Source: an uncultured Deferribacteres bacterium
GTDB lineage: Bacteria > Zhuqueibacterota > Zhuqueibacteria > Zhuqueibacterales > Geothermadaptataceae
Assembly (NCBI GenBank): GCA_964014485.1
Contig: CAXHAT010000176.1
Span: 1-16,424 of the forward strand
DNA length: 16,424 nt
Direction of reading: 5' to 3'
The notes below the pieces were generated by a model, which saw nothing but the letters and a program-made list of their open reading frames with translations, made no database searches and had not been told where the DNA came from. A program made the position numbers and the translations under genes. The first letter of the stretch is position 1; the number at the start of each line of letters is the position of its first letter. Shown here one piece after another: positions 14,224-16,424 of this stretch.

Positions 14224-16185
14224 ATGCAACCAGAAAAAGCTGCCACGGAAGGGTGGATAAATGGAGTGCTGGATTTTTGGAAGAGAGCGGCATGGAAGGC
14301 CAAAAATCCAATAATCCAACATTCCAATAATTCAACTATTAGAAACACTAGCGTTGCAACCGTCAGCAAGGTGTTTCTGAAAACCTTGCTCGGCATGACA
14401 ATTCTCGCCGGGTGTCAAAGCGCGCCGGAGGATTTGGCGCAAACCGACTCCATCATTTTTGTCAAATCGACTTCAAATCGCTTTTTGAACACCAACTTCA
14501 TCTCAAACCAGACGACGAGCAACCTTTTTATGCTGTCGCCGATTTCGCCGAACGGAACGCTGACCAATCTCACCAATCTCACTGGCGAAGGCGCCGCCGT
14601 GGCTGATCCGGACATTTCCTACGACGGCTTGCGGGTGATTTTTTCCATGAGAACAGATCGTAACGGCAACTGGCATCTCTACGAAATGAATGTCGACGGC
14701 TCCGGCATTCGTCAGCTTACCTCCGGCGATTCCGACAACTGTGATCCGACGTACTTGCCTGACGGACGCATTATGTTCAGCTCAAATCGCACGTTTTATC
14801 GCGACGAATATGAGCGACGGCCTGTTGAAGTGCTTCACATCATGACTGCGGACGGGAGCAGCATTGAGCGCGTCTCTTTTAACATGAGCGACGATTTCGA
14901 TCCAATTGTTTTGCGCGACGGACGCATTGCCTGGACGCGCTGGGAGCATCACGGGACGCAAAACCGTTTCCCGCTCTTTTTCACACATCCGGACGGCTCG
15001 TCGACCTTTCTGCACTTCGGCTCGCATAATCGCAATTTTTGGCACGCCCGCGAACTGGAGGACGGGCGGCTGGTTGCGATTATGTCGAACCGGGTGCAGG
15101 TGGATCGCGGTGCGCTGGTGATTATCGACGCTGAAAATCAGTCCGGAGATCGCGGCGAAGGAATCACCAATTTGACCGAGCATATTTCCATCAGCGGCGA
15201 CACGACGAGCTTCAAATATCCGTTTCCGCTGCCTGACGGACGTTTGGTCGTGAGCTACGCGCCGGAAGGCCACGAAGCGGGCGATTACGGCTTGTACCTG
15301 ATTAATCGCGACGGTTCGAGCCTGAGCTTGCTATACAACGACCCTGAAACAAATGAATTGGACGCCGTTGTGGTTTCACCGCGCCCACGCCCGCCGGTAA
15401 TACCCGATATTCTCAACAAGGCTGCAACGACCAGCGTGGTGTTGAACCAGAACGTTTACAACCGTCAGCGCAACGACGGCCAGCAGATTCCCGAGCCGGA
15501 CGAGGTCAAATCTGTGATGGTCGTTGAAGCAATTCCGCAGCAATCCAGGAATCGCAACGGCATGACGAGTTTTGAAAGCAAGCGCGTGATCGGCACAGCG
15601 CCGATTCTGCCGGACGGTTCTTTTGCCATCGAAATTCCTTCGAATACGCCGGTCGCGTTTAATCTGCTTGATTCTTTGGGCCGCGCGATTGTGATCAAAC
15701 GCAGTTGGTTCTACGCCCGCCCCGGCGAACGTTTCGAAAATTGCACCGGGTGTCACGGCGACCGCGAAGGGCCTTCCACGAACCCCAATCCAATGGCGCT
15801 CACCGCGCAGCCGACGAACTTGAACGTGCCGGAAGCGGAGCGCGAAGTCATCGCTTTTTCAAACGCCATCGCGCCGATTATCGAAAATAAATGCGTCTCG
15901 TGTCACGTTGGCGCGACACCGCCCGGCAATCTCGATCTGTCTTTGACCGCGCCAGCGGAAGAATTTCCGATTGCTTATCAAAATCTCATGGATCGCGGAC
16001 GTGATCCGCACTTGGTCGAAGTTTCGCGCGTGCCTTTTTCGCGCCGCAGTCATCTCGTCGATGTTTTGCTTGGCCTTGACGACCGCGCCGGAGTCGGCCC
16101 GCATTTGACCGGAGAGAACGCTTTAACCGCTGATGAAATTCGTAAAATTATTACCTGGATCGATCTGGGCGGGCAATATGAATAA
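14224..16185 (+). CDS. HzsA (hydrazine synthase alpha)-related lipoprotein: TolB/PD40-type beta-propeller, middle domain and two c-type heme motifs
   Basis: AGGAGG RBS and lipobox LAG-C64. Repeats DPDISYDG, DPTYLPDGRIMFSS, PFPLPDGR. Middle domain IGTAPILPDGSFAIEIP...PGE. CTGCH at aa 507-511 and CVSCH at aa 557-561. Confidence 0.85.
   Translation: MQPEKAATEGWINGVLDFWKRAAWKAKNPIIQHSNNSTIRNTSVATVSKVFLKTLLGMTILAGCQSAPEDLAQTDSIIFVKSTSNRFLNTNFISNQTTSNLFMLSPISPNGTLTNLTNLTGEGAAVADPDISYDGLRVIFSMRTDRNGNWHLYEMNVDGSGIRQLTSGDSDNCDPTYLPDGRIMFSSNRTFYRDEYERRPVEVLHIMTADGSSIERVSFNMSDDFDPIVLRDGRIAWTRWEHHGTQNRFPLFFTHPDGSSTFLHFGSHNRNFWHARELEDGRLVAIMSNRVQVDRGALVIIDAENQSGDRGEGITNLTEHISISGDTTSFKYPFPLPDGRLVVSYAPEGHEAGDYGLYLINRDGSSLSLLYNDPETNELDAVVVSPRPRPPVIPDILNKAATTSVVLNQNVYNRQRNDGQQIPEPDEVKSVMVVEAIPQQSRNRNGMTSFESKRVIGTAPILPDGSFAIEIPSNTPVAFNLLDSLGRAIVIKRSWFYARPGERFENCTGCHGDREGPSTNPNPMALTAQPTNLNVPEAEREVIAFSNAIAPIIENKCVSCHVGATPPGNLDLSLTAPAEEFPIAYQNLMDRGRDPHLVEVSRVPFSRRSHLVDVLLGLDDRAGVGPHLTGENALTADEIRKIITWIDLGGQYE
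14246..14334. repeat. Octamer tandem/inverted repeat element inside a CDS
   Basis: CGGAAGGG-TGGATAAA-TGGAGTGC-TGGATTTT-TGG ... CCA-AAAATCCA-ATAATCCA-ACATTCCA-ATAATTCA. Confidence 0.75.
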
Positions 16186-16186
16186 A

Positions 16187-16317
16187 GTCATTGGCCTTCG
16201 GCGTCATTTCGCTGACGCTGTCATTGGCCTATCGGCGTCACTAAGCCATTTTCAAGCAAATGACACGGAGTGAATGACTCAATGACGGCGTCAGCCAAAT
16301 GACGCGAAGCAAATGAC
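16187..16317. repeat. GTCATT/AATGAC nested inverted-repeat element
   Basis: 16187-16225 is an imperfect inverted repeat of 16281-16317. There is an internal direct repeat at 16187-16206/16220-16240 and five AATGAC copies in the right half. Confidence 0.75.
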
Positions 16318-16379
16318 ATAACTGATGTTACGCACTCTTGGAAATTTCTCAAACTGCACCAGAGAAACGTCGCTTTTAC

Positions 16380-16394
16380 GTCATTCCCGCGCAG
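16380..16394. repeat. Truncated REP/dRS3-like unit GTCATTCCCGCGCAG
   Basis: Exact reverse complement of positions 19-33. Confidence 0.6.
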
Positions 16395-16424
16395 CAGGCT
16401 GTTGCAGAATAGAAAATTTCTCAA

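Noticed and set aside
1230..16104. Numerous antisense or alternate-frame ORFs inside the called genes (e.g. 1832-2236, 7973-8446, 14782-15273)
   Set aside because: They are shadows of well-supported genes and have no independent evidence.
14224..16185. Genuine anammox hydrazine synthase hzsA
   Set aside because: No hzsB/hzsC neighbours, it is shorter and a lipoprotein, and HzsA-like propeller proteins are widespread outside anammox bacteria. No gene symbol assigned.
16221..16424. 67-aa minus-strand ORF at the window end
   Set aside because: It runs through repeat elements and has no coding evidence.

Overview
Bacterial chromosomal window from a diderm: it has several outer-membrane beta-barrels and lipoproteins. 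An FCB/Calditrichota/KSB1-like origin is only an impression. The left and centre hold a minus-strand housekeeping run (aspS, small coiled-coil lipoprotein, LysM protein, phoH, 7TM-HD phosphohydrolase, ybeY, sfsA), preceded by two small plus-strand envelope genes. The right side is a plus-strand envelope cluster: three small outer-membrane beta-barrel genes (one with an SH3 domain), an apparently non-coding gap of about 1.4 kb, a DUF3570-type porin carrying an ApbE-type flavinylation motif, and a diheme HzsA-like beta-propeller lipoprotein. The most striking signal lies in the gap. A sigma54-type -24/-12 promoter is followed by about 650 nt with about 16 A(N)GGA-type motifs, mostly in short hairpin loops, ending in an intrinsic terminator. 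This is the architecture of a CsrB/RsmZ-like CsrA-sponging sRNA. Several short palindromic repeat elements are also present, one inserted in frame into a lipoprotein signal peptide.
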